Shown piece after piece: positions 1-10,618 of a stretch of DNA of 64,000 nucleotides; the stretch's first letter is position 1, and every line of letters begins with the position of its first letter. Origin of the DNA: Macrostomum lignano (Eukaryota); NCBI GenBank assembly GCA_002269645.1, contig NIVC01002421.1, positions 111,520 to 175,519 of the forward strand, in the 5' to 3' direction. The notes under the pieces are model-generated. The model made no database searches and had not been told where the DNA came from. It worked only from the letters and a program-made list of their open reading frames with translations. The position numbers and the translations under genes are program-made.

Positions 1-23
1 GGTGAGATGGGCGACGGCCATAA
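1..23 (-). CDS. MAP4K3: MAP4K exon 4 start (V-MAVAHLT), truncated by window edge
   Basis: TTTCTAG acceptor followed by a peptide that parallels VAAVERKG of MAP4Ks; phase conflict with the upstream donor. Confidence 0.55.
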
Positions 24-3000
24 CTAGAAAGGCTTGCCAATTTGTACAGGGGTTGCCAACTCCAATGTCAGGGGGTTGCCAACTCCAATGTCAGGGGGTT
101 GCCAACTCCAGTGTCAGGGGTTGCCAATTCTAATGTCAGGAGTAGCCAACTTCAGTGTCAGGGGTTGCCAATTCCAGTGTCAGGGGTTGCCAATTCCAGT
201 GTCAGGGGTTGCCAATTCCAGTGTCAGGGGTTGCCAATTCCAGTGTCAGGGGTTGCCAATTCCAGTGTCAGGGGTTGCCAATTCCAGTGTCAGGGGTTGC
301 CAATTCCAGTGTCAGGGGGTTGCCAATTCCAGTGTCAGGGGTTGCCAATTCCAGTGTCAGGGGGTTGCCAATTCCAGTGTCAGGGGGTTGCCAATTCCAG
401 TGTCAGGGGTTGCCAATTCCAGTGTCAGGGGGTTGCCAATTCCAGTGTCAGGGGGTTGCCAATTCCAGTGTCAGGGGTTGCCAATTCCAGTGTCAGGGGT
501 TGCCAATTCCAGTGTCAGGGGGTTGCCAATTCCAGTGTCAGGGGGTTGCCAATTCCAGTGTCAGGGGGTTGCCAATTCCAGTGTCAGGGGTTGCCAATTC
601 CAGTGTCAGGGGGTTGCCAATTCCAGTGTCAGGGGTTGCCAATTCTAGTGTCAGGGGGTTGCCAACTCCAGTGTCAGGGGGTTGCCAACTCCAGTGTCAG
701 GGGGTTGCCAACTCCAGTGTCAGGGGGTTGCCAACTCCAGTGTCAGGGGGTTGCCAACTCCAGTGTCAGGGGGTTGCCAACTCCAGTGTCAGGGGGTTGC
801 CAATTCCAGTGTCAGGGGTCGCTATTCCAGTGTCAAAGCAAGCGCAGTCAAGCACCTCAGGCGCCATCCAGTAAGGCGTGCCAATGAAGGACATCCGCTT
901 GCCCAGGGTGGCGGTGATCTGCGCGGAGATGCCGAAGTCAGCCAGCTTGACGCTGCCGTCCCTGGTCAGCAGGATGTTGGCGCCCTTGATGTCGCGGTGG
1001 ATCTGCTGCTTGGCGTGCATGTGCACCAGGCCGCGGACGGTTTCGCGCATCACGAACGCGATGGTCGGCTCCTCGAATGGCCGCCTGGTGGTGGTGTAGA
1101 TGTCCTGCAGCGATTTGCCGCCGCAGTACTCCATGGCGATCCACAGGTTCGTCTGGTTGAGCAGCCGGTTCTCGCTGCGGTTCGAAGGGTGTCAGGTATG
1201 GGACACTGAGGTGTCAGATTGCCTAATCGCATTACTGGGATTGGGATGTCAGATAGTCTGACCTATTGCAAAGATCGGGGTGTCAGATGGTCTGACCCAT
1301 TGCAGGGATCGGGTGTCAGATTGTTTGACACATTGCAGGGATTGGGGTGTCAGATCGTTTGACACATTGCAGTGATCGGGGTGTCAGATTGTTTGACACA
1401 TTGCAGGGATCGGGGTGTCAGATGGTCTGACACATTGCAGGGATCGGGTGTCAGATTGTTTGACACATTGCAGGGATTGGGGTGTCAGATGGTTTGACAC
1501 ATTGCAGTGATCGGGGTGTCAGATTGTTTGACACAGTGCAGGGATCGGGGTGTCAGATTGTTTGACACATTGCAGGGATCGGGGTGTCAGATGGTCTGAC
1601 ACATTGCAGGGATCGGGGTGTCAGATGGTCTGACACATTGCAGGGATCGGGGTGTCAGATGGTCTGACCTATTGCAGGGTGTCAGATGGTCTGACCTATT
1701 GCAGGGTGTCAGATGGCTGGATGCAGATGGCCAGTACAGACTCAAGAGCAGCTGTTCAAAAGCCAAACTCACGTGATGAAAGCGCCAAAGAACTCGACAA
1801 TGTTGGCATGGTGGCAGTCTTTCAGCACAAACAGCTCAGTCAGAATTGCTTTTAGATCATCTGTTGGCTCGATCTTGACACACTTCAGCGCAGCATAGGT
1901 GCCAGTGGCCTTGTGCTTTGCCTATAGTTTGGTTCAATAGAAAATGCTGCTATTGAAGAAATAGTTAATGATATCAACAATAGTTGAACTACTTCAAATA
2001 CCATAAATTTAATGTCTTATTTTTGTATTTTGCATGCTTTCTAAAACCAAAACCAGTACAATATAATATTAACAATCCCAACTAACTATACCAAACAATT
2101 TTTGACAAACATTCTTTTAAATTAATTATACAAAAAACTGTTTTATTGAAAAACTCATAAATGCTTTATTACAGAAATAGTAAATTCTATAATTTTTTAA
2201 CATTTTCAACATTTTTTCAAAGGTTTATTTGTTTATCACTTTGTTACTATTGACAATATATATACTTTTAGAGTTGTCTGCAATAAAAACTGTATTCAAT
2301 ATAAGTTCATTATTAAATATATATGAATTCCCATTGGGATCAAAAATCACAATTTTAGCTTCTACAAAACCAATTTAGAAAATTCTTTCCTGCATATATA
2401 TTGTAATAATATGTTTATTATATATACATAAATATATACACATTTAAGTATATTTTAATTGTTCTTTGTTGCTTAATAAGCCTACCAGAAGCCTTTGATT
2501 TAGATGCCAGGTTGGTTAGATAAGTTGTAGAATAAATTAGCCTTTTTGAGGCCTTTAAGTCTTAAAACTAATTGTTTATTTTAAAAAAATAAAAAAACAA
2601 TTGCAAAGTAGTCAATCTAGACTTTAAAAAAATCTTATTTTGCTTTTTACTCATTTATTTAATGATTTTCAATATAATAGTTTTTAGATTATCAAGAACT
2701 ATTTTTAGAGATTTTATGTCTTTCAAAAGCTTTTTTTGATATATTATCTTCACTCAAATGTCTGCAGATTTTTTAAATCATTTTATCCTACATTCTTTTG
2801 CCCCATATTATAAACAAATATCTATCATAAAGAAATTAGGATTAGGATATATATTTAAAGAAAAATAAAACAAATATTAATAAAAAAAACAAGTATAGAT
2901 ATAGATTAAATTGCATCTAAAATATAAATATTCTTATAAGGCGAAATCCAAAAACGTGGGATAAAACGGTAAAACAAATCTGCGGACATTCGATGGAAAG

Positions 3001-5086
3001 TAATGTATCTAAAAAAGGTTTTTGAAAGATAGATAGGTCTTTAGAAAATAGTTCTGGATAATAACTATTGTTTTCATGTTTTATATTGTTGAATAAATAA
3101 GAAAAAACCACAAAAAAGCATTTTGAAAGTCCGAGTTGACCAATTTGCAATTTTTTGTTTCACTTTTTTTCATTATTAAACAATTAATTTTAAGACTTGT
3201 AGGCCTTAGAGAAGGCTAATTTTTTTACTACTTACAAAACAGAAAGTAATTTGTGTTTTACTTTTTATTCAATTCAAAAATATGAAGTATTTCTAAGGAT
3301 TTCAAAGTTTTTCTAAAACCATATAAACTCGCGAAAATTCATACTAATATAAAATGCAAAGTTTGCCAGCAAACATCTTTCTCTAAAAGTAAATATATCG
3401 CTAATTCCTTGTTGCAAAATAATCTTTAAGTTGTTTTCTTTCATTTAAATATCAACTTGCATAGCATTAGTATTTGTAATATGCCTATATTTAGACTTAA
3501 AAATTTTGGGTAAAAAATGGTACCACAAAATGTGAACCCGGCATCCAAATCAGATGCTTACTGTATGCTCATTAAGCGACGAAGAACAATGAAATTACAC
3601 TAAAACATGTATCATCCCGGCGTGTATGCAGGAAAAAAAGAATTTTCCAAAGCTTTAGTAGAAGCTGAGTAAAATGCAATTTTCCAATCCTTATGGGAAT
3701 TCCAATGTGTTACCCGGCTTCCAAATCAGATGCTTACTGTATGCTCATTAAGCGACGAAGAACAATGAAATTACACTAAAACATGTATCATTGCAGCGTG
3801 TATGCAGGAAAAAAAGAATTTTCCAAATCGCTTCAGTAGAAGCTGAGTAAAATGCAATTTTCCAATCCTTATGGGAATTCCAATGTGTTACCCGGCTTCC
3901 AAATCAGATGCTTACTGTATGCTTATTAAGCGACGAAGAACAATGAAATTACACTAAAACATGTATCATTGCGGCGTGTATGCAGGAAAAAAAGAATTTT
4001 CCAAATCGCTTTAGTAGAAGCTGAGTAAAATGCAATTTTCCAATCCTTATAGGAATTCCAATGTGTTACCCGGCTTCCAAATCAGATGCTTACTGTATGC
4101 TCATTAAGCGACGAAGAACAATGAAATTACACTAAAACATGTATCATCGCGCCATGTATGCAAGAAAAAAAAAGAATTTTCCAAATCGCTTTAGTAGAAG
4201 CTGAGTAAAATGCAATTTTCCAATCCTTACGGGAATTTGCATGTTTAAATAATAAACTTACGTTGAATACAATTTATTGCAAATGAACTCTACAAAATAC
4301 ACGTTGTCAAGAGTAACGAAAGTGATAAACAAATAAACCCTTGAAAATAATGTTAAATATGTTGTAGAATTATAGAGTGAAACATTATAAGATAGTTAAA
4401 GTTAATAAAATACATTATTATAGCTTTTCTATCATTTTCATTAGACTCATTTTAGGTCGTAATTAAACCTACTGTTTTAACAAATCATTTTATTAAAAAT
4501 AAAGCTATACAAAAATAATTTGTGCTTTAATAGACTTTTTTACCTTTTAAAAACTTGAATAAATTTATTTTATACTATAGCTTTATTGCTTTCAAATTGC
4601 CAAAAAAACAAATTTTCATAAAACTTGCCCCTGATTTTTGGATTTCACCATAAACTTAAACCAAAGCCAAAGGCAAAGAATTGGAAAAAAATCAATAATT
4701 TTTATTCAAAAAATGATCACTCCTTTTTATCTAAAACAATGAAGAATCTCAAAACAGGTTTTAAGATTCTGTCAAATTTATTAGGACTATACTACAAAAG
4801 AGTAAAATATAAAGTTAAGTGAATATATCTAGTCGATTCTAGATTTATATAGTAATTGTCTAATCATAATGCAATTAATTTAAAACATAAAAATATATTA
4901 ACAAACAGTTGCTAAAAATTGAGCAATTATATGGTAGATTACCTTATAAACGTGGCCATAAGTTCCACTTCCTATCTCTTTTATGTTTTCATAAAACTCC
5001 CATGGGTCATTTCCATTTATAATTTTATGTAGCTGAGGATGCTTCTGCAAAATAAGTTCTCTTGGAAAGATCTTTTGGGCATTCAT
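1..5086 (-). CDS. MAP4K3: Ste20-family GCK-I kinase (MAP4K3/MAP4K5/happyhour-like), 5' part; continues off the left edge
   Basis: Exons 5086-4943, 1921-1773, 1174-856 and 23-<1. The joined peptide has [54 protein letters not shown]. The first two introns are GT-AG and phase-consistent; the third junction is 1 nt off (see findings). Symbol is family-level only. Confidence 0.92.
34..835. repeat. 21-22 bp minisatellite (GGGGTTGCCAATTCCAGTGTCA)
   Basis: Tandem copies filling MAP4K intron 3. Confidence 0.97.
856..1174 (-). CDS. MAP4K3: MAP4K exon 3 (catalytic loop to APE)
   Basis: CCGCAG acceptor; [27 protein letters not shown]; GAG|GTGCTT donor. Confidence 0.93.
1225..1720. repeat. 33-34 bp minisatellite (GGGGTGTCAGATTGTTTGACACATTGCAGGGATC)
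   Basis: Tandem copies in MAP4K intron 2. Confidence 0.95.
1773..1921 (-). CDS. MAP4K3: MAP4K exon 2 ([18 protein letters not shown]...[10 protein letters not shown])
   Basis: TATAG acceptor, AC|GTGAGT donor; kinase subdomains II-IV. Absent from the ORF track; translated manually. Confidence 0.9.
3535..4240. repeat. 176-178 bp tandem repeat, 4 copies
   Basis: TCCAAATCAGATGCTTACTG recurs at 3544, 3720, 3898, 4076. Confidence 0.95.
4943..5086 (-). CDS. MAP4K3: MAP4K coding exon 1 (MNAQK...[10 protein letters not shown])
   Basis: ATG at 5086-5084; Gly-rich loop; donor AAG|GTAATC, phase 0. Confidence 0.88.
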
Positions 5087-6867
5087 AGCATGGCGTTCCG
5101 AAATTTGGGATCAAATAAAATTTAATCTAAAAAATTGCAATTGGGAAGCAAATTAATAAAAAAGCTGTATCTGCAACGGCAACTACAATGCAAGGACTTA
5201 TTAGCAATTATTAAAATTATTAATTTGTTGGCATCGGAACTTCAGTTCATTGTGAAAATGTAGTAACAAAATAACTGATTGCCTCTATTCAAGGAAGAAT
5301 ATAGAAAACGTAGAGTAATAAAACAACTAATCGCTAAGATATCAATGACCCCATGCCATTCAGCAAAAAAGGACTTCGCACACTCCTAATATTGACTGAC
5401 TGAGTATGTCATCTTTAAGATGTTTCAGGTTCTAAGAAACAGCATTTATTCAAAAAAATAATAGTACCAGTTGTTTGTAAAAACAAAAAAACAAAGACAG
5501 TTGCAATTGCAAAAAGGGACAATAAAACTTTAAAGCAATATATTTGTTAAAAGCATTATCTAAAAAGCATACTATAGGCCTACTTTGGTGACTTAACTTT
5601 TTTGGTCAATCTGGTCAATTTGGTCAATTTGCCCTAAACAACTCATGAGTCGTTTTTTGTTGGCTTCATCTGCGCCCTGGGCATTCCGGCCACCGTCTGT
5701 CCAAATAATAATCACTTACTCTAAAATGTTTTCTTTTTAATCAGAACGACTAACATATTTATTTGATGTCCATGCATATATACATGCAAGTTTCCATTGA
5801 TTTGAGTATAAGGACATTCGATCGCCAACTTTATTTTTAGTACAAATGTGTGATTTCACTTGTATTTTAAAAATAATAATTAATATTAATAACTTAATAT
5901 TAATTGATGAATGATCACACCTGTCCTATGGGCAGATGTGTAACCGACAGCTCAGCCGCAGCTATTGCGCGGCGCATCTGAAGGCTGCGTACGGCTGTTC
6001 AGTCCAACGATTGGGGTTCGCCACTCAACTCTTAATTACCCCAGCTAATACAGGTACCCATTTTACAGCTGGGTGAACTTAATTGTACCTTCTGCTGTTC
6101 GATAAGTATACAATAAGCTCTTCATAAACTACGAGTGACCACAACAACTTTTTCTGAATACTTAGCATACACTTCGATTGCACCACGCCGACTGTGAGCA
6201 CTGCACCAGACAATACGGGCTGCCGGTGTGAGCATATTCATTTTATTTGTCCACCAAACAGCAGAATGCTCATTGCAAGTGTAGAAACCAAATAGATATA
6301 ATCACGATACAATATACAAAACCATTTTCTGCAGAATAGCTCCAGCTGACTGCGCACACTGTTTGGAGTTGCACATTAAAAAGTCGCTCAAAACGTAGAG
6401 AAGAAACGAAGGTTTAACATGTAGCCAGGCAATAATAGTAAGGCGTGAGTAGAACAGGAAAAGTGCAAAGATAAATTAATGTCTGTACGCGGCATCCGAG
6501 TACATGTAGCACGCATTCGCGGTGCAGAGGGTACGAAGTGCTTGAAAATACATGATAAAATATAAAGGAAACAGCTGTATACAATTGTTGAACAGGATAG
6601 ATAGGTTGCGCACACCAGAAGGTGGTTTAAAAGACAATAATTCAGAAACCGAGCTTAGAGTTGAAGTGACTAATTCTCCTCGGGTTGCATGGAACCAAAC
6701 GGACGAGCGCAGGCACACTGCATTCAGCAATGTTATCTGAATTCTTGCCCAAGGACCACTAAAGCATAACAGGATGTAAAACTCAAAGATCGTGTAATCT
6801 GGGCCGTGAAGATTATTACCACTCCTTTAATTTAGCATTAATATGTTACTCTGTTGTATTTTATATA

Positions 6868-7664
6868 CGAGGGGTGTCCCAGAAGTAGTCACTTTTGCTT
6901 GCTTCCACAAGTATTGCTTTTGTCAGCCTAACTGAGAACAAAGCCACCCAAAATGAGAATCCTGCCTACGCTGACTGCGAAGGGCCCGGCTGCGTGCAGC
7001 CCTAGTCTATGGGCCATAGACAATAAAGGACAAGCAAAGTGATAAAAAGCCATCCAATGTGAGAATCGATTGGTCTTTTTAAAACTTTGCTTGTCCTTTA
7101 CAGTCTATGGCTCATAGACTAGGCTGGACGCAGCCAGGCCCTTCGCATTCAGCGTAGGCAGGATTCTCACTTTGGATGGCCTTATTCTCAGTTAGGCTGA
7201 CAAAACCAATATTAATGAGTGTTTAAAAAATCATATGCCTTAAAAGTTGGCGGCTTATCTCAGCTTTCATGCCACGAAAGTCCGATTTTTATAAGTGCTT
7301 CCTGCTGTAAGCAGCATGCATTTGCTCGCATACCCTTGGCCATAGAAATACACATCGCATAGTGCTGAGCTGATCAAGCACAGAGTTGCAAGACAGCATC
7401 TGAAAGATTTGTTCCAGTCATGGACCCTAACATTTGGGTAAGTTGGCAACACACTGCCGGCCAGCCTCGAACTGTTCGATCCACCTGTAAACTGTTCGTC
7501 GACTGATGGCATCTGGAATCGGGACCGTGAATGTGGGTCAGGTTTTCGTGAATTTCAGGGCATTTCTGACCAAGAGACGAAGACTACAAAGTGTAAAAAA
7601 TTGCGTGTCTGCGCCCTTCTGTAGAGTGAATGTTAGGGTCCATGACTCTGAGGGACACCCCTCG
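6868..7664. mobile_element. Non-autonomous Tc1/mariner-like element
   Basis: Perfect 13-bp TIR CGAGGGGTGTCCC at both ends, each flanked by TA (6866-6867, 7665-7666); no transposase ORF seen. Confidence 0.75.
6914..7209. mobile_element. Palindromic MITE nested in the mariner-like element
   Basis: Near-complete hairpin (TTTTGTCAGCCTAACTGAGAA ... TTCTCAGTTAGGCTGACAAAA), flanked by TA on both sides. Confidence 0.7.
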
Positions 7665-9083
7665 TAGTTGTGTAGTAAAGATTTCATTTTCATATTGTTT
7701 TCTTTCCATTCCATAAGCCCAAGCTAAAGTACGAGTAGTGAATGCTCACAAGCGATTTTTTGGCTTTCCCTTCCTTGTTCCTTTCTGCATGCATGTATTC
7801 TTAAAAGCCATTATTGTAGGTACAATATCATTTAAATGTATGTTATTAGCCATTTCTAGACCTGCCTAAATAATTAAATGTAGAAATTATTTTACCAAAT
7901 ATCCTTATATTTTCATGAAGTTATGAATTTTAAAGCCAAGGCCTAAACATTAGTTAGGATTACCTACATACAAAAGTATTCTTAAAATATATTGCCTACT
8001 TGCTTCAAGAATTAACAAAGCATTACAATTCACTTGTGAGTATTTATAACTTAAGCTTAGTCTGATGAAATAAAACGAAAATGGTATGAAAATGAAACCA
8101 TCACTGCATGCACAACTATATAAAATACAACAGAGTAACGTGTTGTGTATGCAAAATTGAGACAATGGTAATCTTCACTGGCCCAGATCAAATGCAATCA
8201 TTGATTTTGTGATGAAAAATGTTTCAGTTTTACGTTGTTATACTACAGTGGTCCTTGGTCTTGACGTGTATATATTTACAGCAGGTTTAACTTTTCAGTC
8301 AACTCGGCGTAAAAAAGATCGTCAAAGTTTTCAGAAATTCGAACCTGGAAATTCGGATTTGTTTAAATTCAATGTTCGATGCTATCTTAAAAAAGACAAC
8401 AGTCCAATATTTGATTCAAACAAATCCGTGCCCGCCTCTCTCCGATTCGATCAACCCTGTTGATAAAAGCGATTAAAAGATCAAAAGAAACATAGCACAC
8501 GGCAAATACTGAAAGGTGAAAGAGAACAAACAAAAAAGAGGTAAGCATACACAAATGTAGAAGGAAATAGGCTGAAGGCTTAAACAAGATACAAGATTTA
8601 ATTGCCACAGTTTTAGATGTCGCCAATTTATCACAACTGTATATAATGCGACTGTTAAATCCAAAAAGGGCACTAGAAAGTTTTGTAATTCTAATCTTAT
8701 TGTAGAAAATGTGGATTTCTAATAAAAGCTCGCCGCTCTAAAGCTAATATAGCAACAGAAAAACTTAAAAACATTGCTGACTATAACAAAAGCAAACAAG
8801 CAAATAGAAAACTCTCCCGCTTATCAGCAGTACGCGTATTGCAACCAGGGTAACACGGCTTGGCACTGGCTTAAAAGTGCTACTTCAGAATCGCCCGAGC
8901 AGGGCCCGGTTCCGAGTTAACGCAGCTTACAAAACGATGCAAAAACAGAATTCTGAAATAAAAATTGCACGAGACGAAGCCTGCTATTGCACTGTTCCGA
9001 TTAAACATTAACAAATTTATAAATGTGGAGCTCAAAAATTACTACAAAATGTTGAAAATTACTATGCATTCATGATTCGCTTT

Positions 9084-9420
9084 GATTAGCAATCCATTCT
9101 ATTCCTGCACCCATGATAGGATAGATTAGCAATCCATTCTATTCCTGCACCCATGATAGGCTAGATTAGCAATCCATTCTATTCCTGCACCCATGATAGG
9201 CTAGATTAGCAATCCATTCTATTCCTGCATCCATGATAGGCTAGATTAGCAATCCATTCTATTCCTGCATCCATGATAGGCTAGATTAGCAATCCATTCT
9301 ATTCCTGCATCCATAATAGGCTAGATTAGCAATACATTCTATTCCTGCACCCATGATAGGCTAGATTAGCAATCCATTCTATTCCTGCACCCATGATAGG
9401 CTAGATTAGCAATCCATGCT
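9084..9420. repeat. 40-bp minisatellite (GATTAGCAATCCATTCTATTCCTGCACCCATGATAGGCTA)
   Basis: ~8.5 copies; same unit as 63412-64000. Confidence 0.96.
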
Positions 9421-9712
9421 ATTATGAACCCTCGAATTTCTTATCCACAATCGTAGAGCTGTAAAGTCCTTAGAATCTGGTTTAAATAATTCAGTACCAG
9501 AGCCGCAAGCGTTAGCAACCAATCTGAAATTCAGAGCGGCCTGGCAAACTGCATCTGATTTACAAGTCAATCGCGAATCGATAAAAAAACTCCAGATGGC
9601 TCCGGCCAGTTGAAAAGCGCTGCGCTTGTTTACAGATAAGCGCCGCCAGATTAGAGAGGGGGAGTGACAGAGTGAGAGATAAGCCGCTGAAGCACCGGAG
9701 GCTCAGCGCAGC

Positions 9713-10147
9713 TCAGGCCAAGCCCTTGAACGAATTCGAAGCTCTGGGGGTGGCCGCCGCCGGCCCGGCGAACCACCAGCTGTGCACGTCTAGCGGATAC
9801 GAGCTGTCGTCGTCGTCGTGGAATGTCGAGGACACGTCCACGGAGCAGACGGGCAGCCAGCCGCGCCGCATGAAGAGGTCCAGCACGCACAGCATCAGCT
9901 GCCTGCCGTGGCCGGCCATGCCGCTCTTGCCGCTGCCCCAAGGCGACTGGCGCAGCCGCAGCTCCAAGTAAGACGGCCGCTCGCGAGTCTCCTCCACGCC
10001 GAACTGGTAGCTCTGCTTCACCAGCTCCGTGGTGGCCTGCTGAAGGTCCGACGGCACCTGCAGCAGCCACAGCCGGTTGGCGCTGACCGGAGCCACGCAG
10101 CAGTGCGGCCGCTCCTCGCAGGGACCGCGCACGAACACCAGCGTGGC
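9713..10147 (-). CDS. Four-repeat protein exon 4
   Basis: CCCTCAG acceptor; ATLVF...QSPW...RRGWLPV...FKGLA*. Confidence 0.87.
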   Translation of the reverse strand, partial: ATLVFVRGPCEERPHCCVAPVSANRLWLLQVPSDLQQATTELVKQSYQFGVEETRERPSYLELRLRQSPWGSGKSGMAGHGRQLMLCVLDLFMRRGWLPVCSVDVSSTFHDDDDSSYPLDVHSWWFAGPAAATPRASNSFKGLA

Positions 10148-10571
10148 CTGAGGGGCGCGGGAGCGTTGGGAAAATATGATCCTCCCAGGGAAGTTCCACA
10201 ATCCCCAAAGTTTTCAACCCCAAATGAACCCTAAAACTTCACAATCTCCTACGTTACAATCCCAAAACTCCTTTGAAAGAACCCCAGGCACTCTACGCTC
10301 TGCAGCTCTCACCTTGTCGTTGGACCGGCGAGCCAGCTCGACAGCGCTCAGCAGTCGCCAGCCCTTGCTGCGCAGGGCGGCCAGCAGCCCCATCACCAGC
10401 AGCCTGGCGTGCGCGCTCTCCTCCCCGATGCAGTACCACGGGCTGCCCTTCAGCTGCAGCGCCATGAAGCTGCAGTCAGCGCTGCCGCCCGTGACACCGC
10501 TGCGGGACACTCCCGGCCGCCACAGCTGCGACACCTTTGAGGAGGGAGGGGCAAGGGTTAGAGACAGGTGG

Positions 10572-10618
<47 letters not shown>

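Noticed and set aside
34-887. Cys/Gln-rich ORFs in three frames
   Set aside because: Artefact of the 21-22-bp array in MAP4K intron 3
2917-8673. Short ORFs (60-85 aa) in AT-rich DNA other than the MAP4K exon
   Set aside because: No motifs, no codon bias and no supporting splice structure
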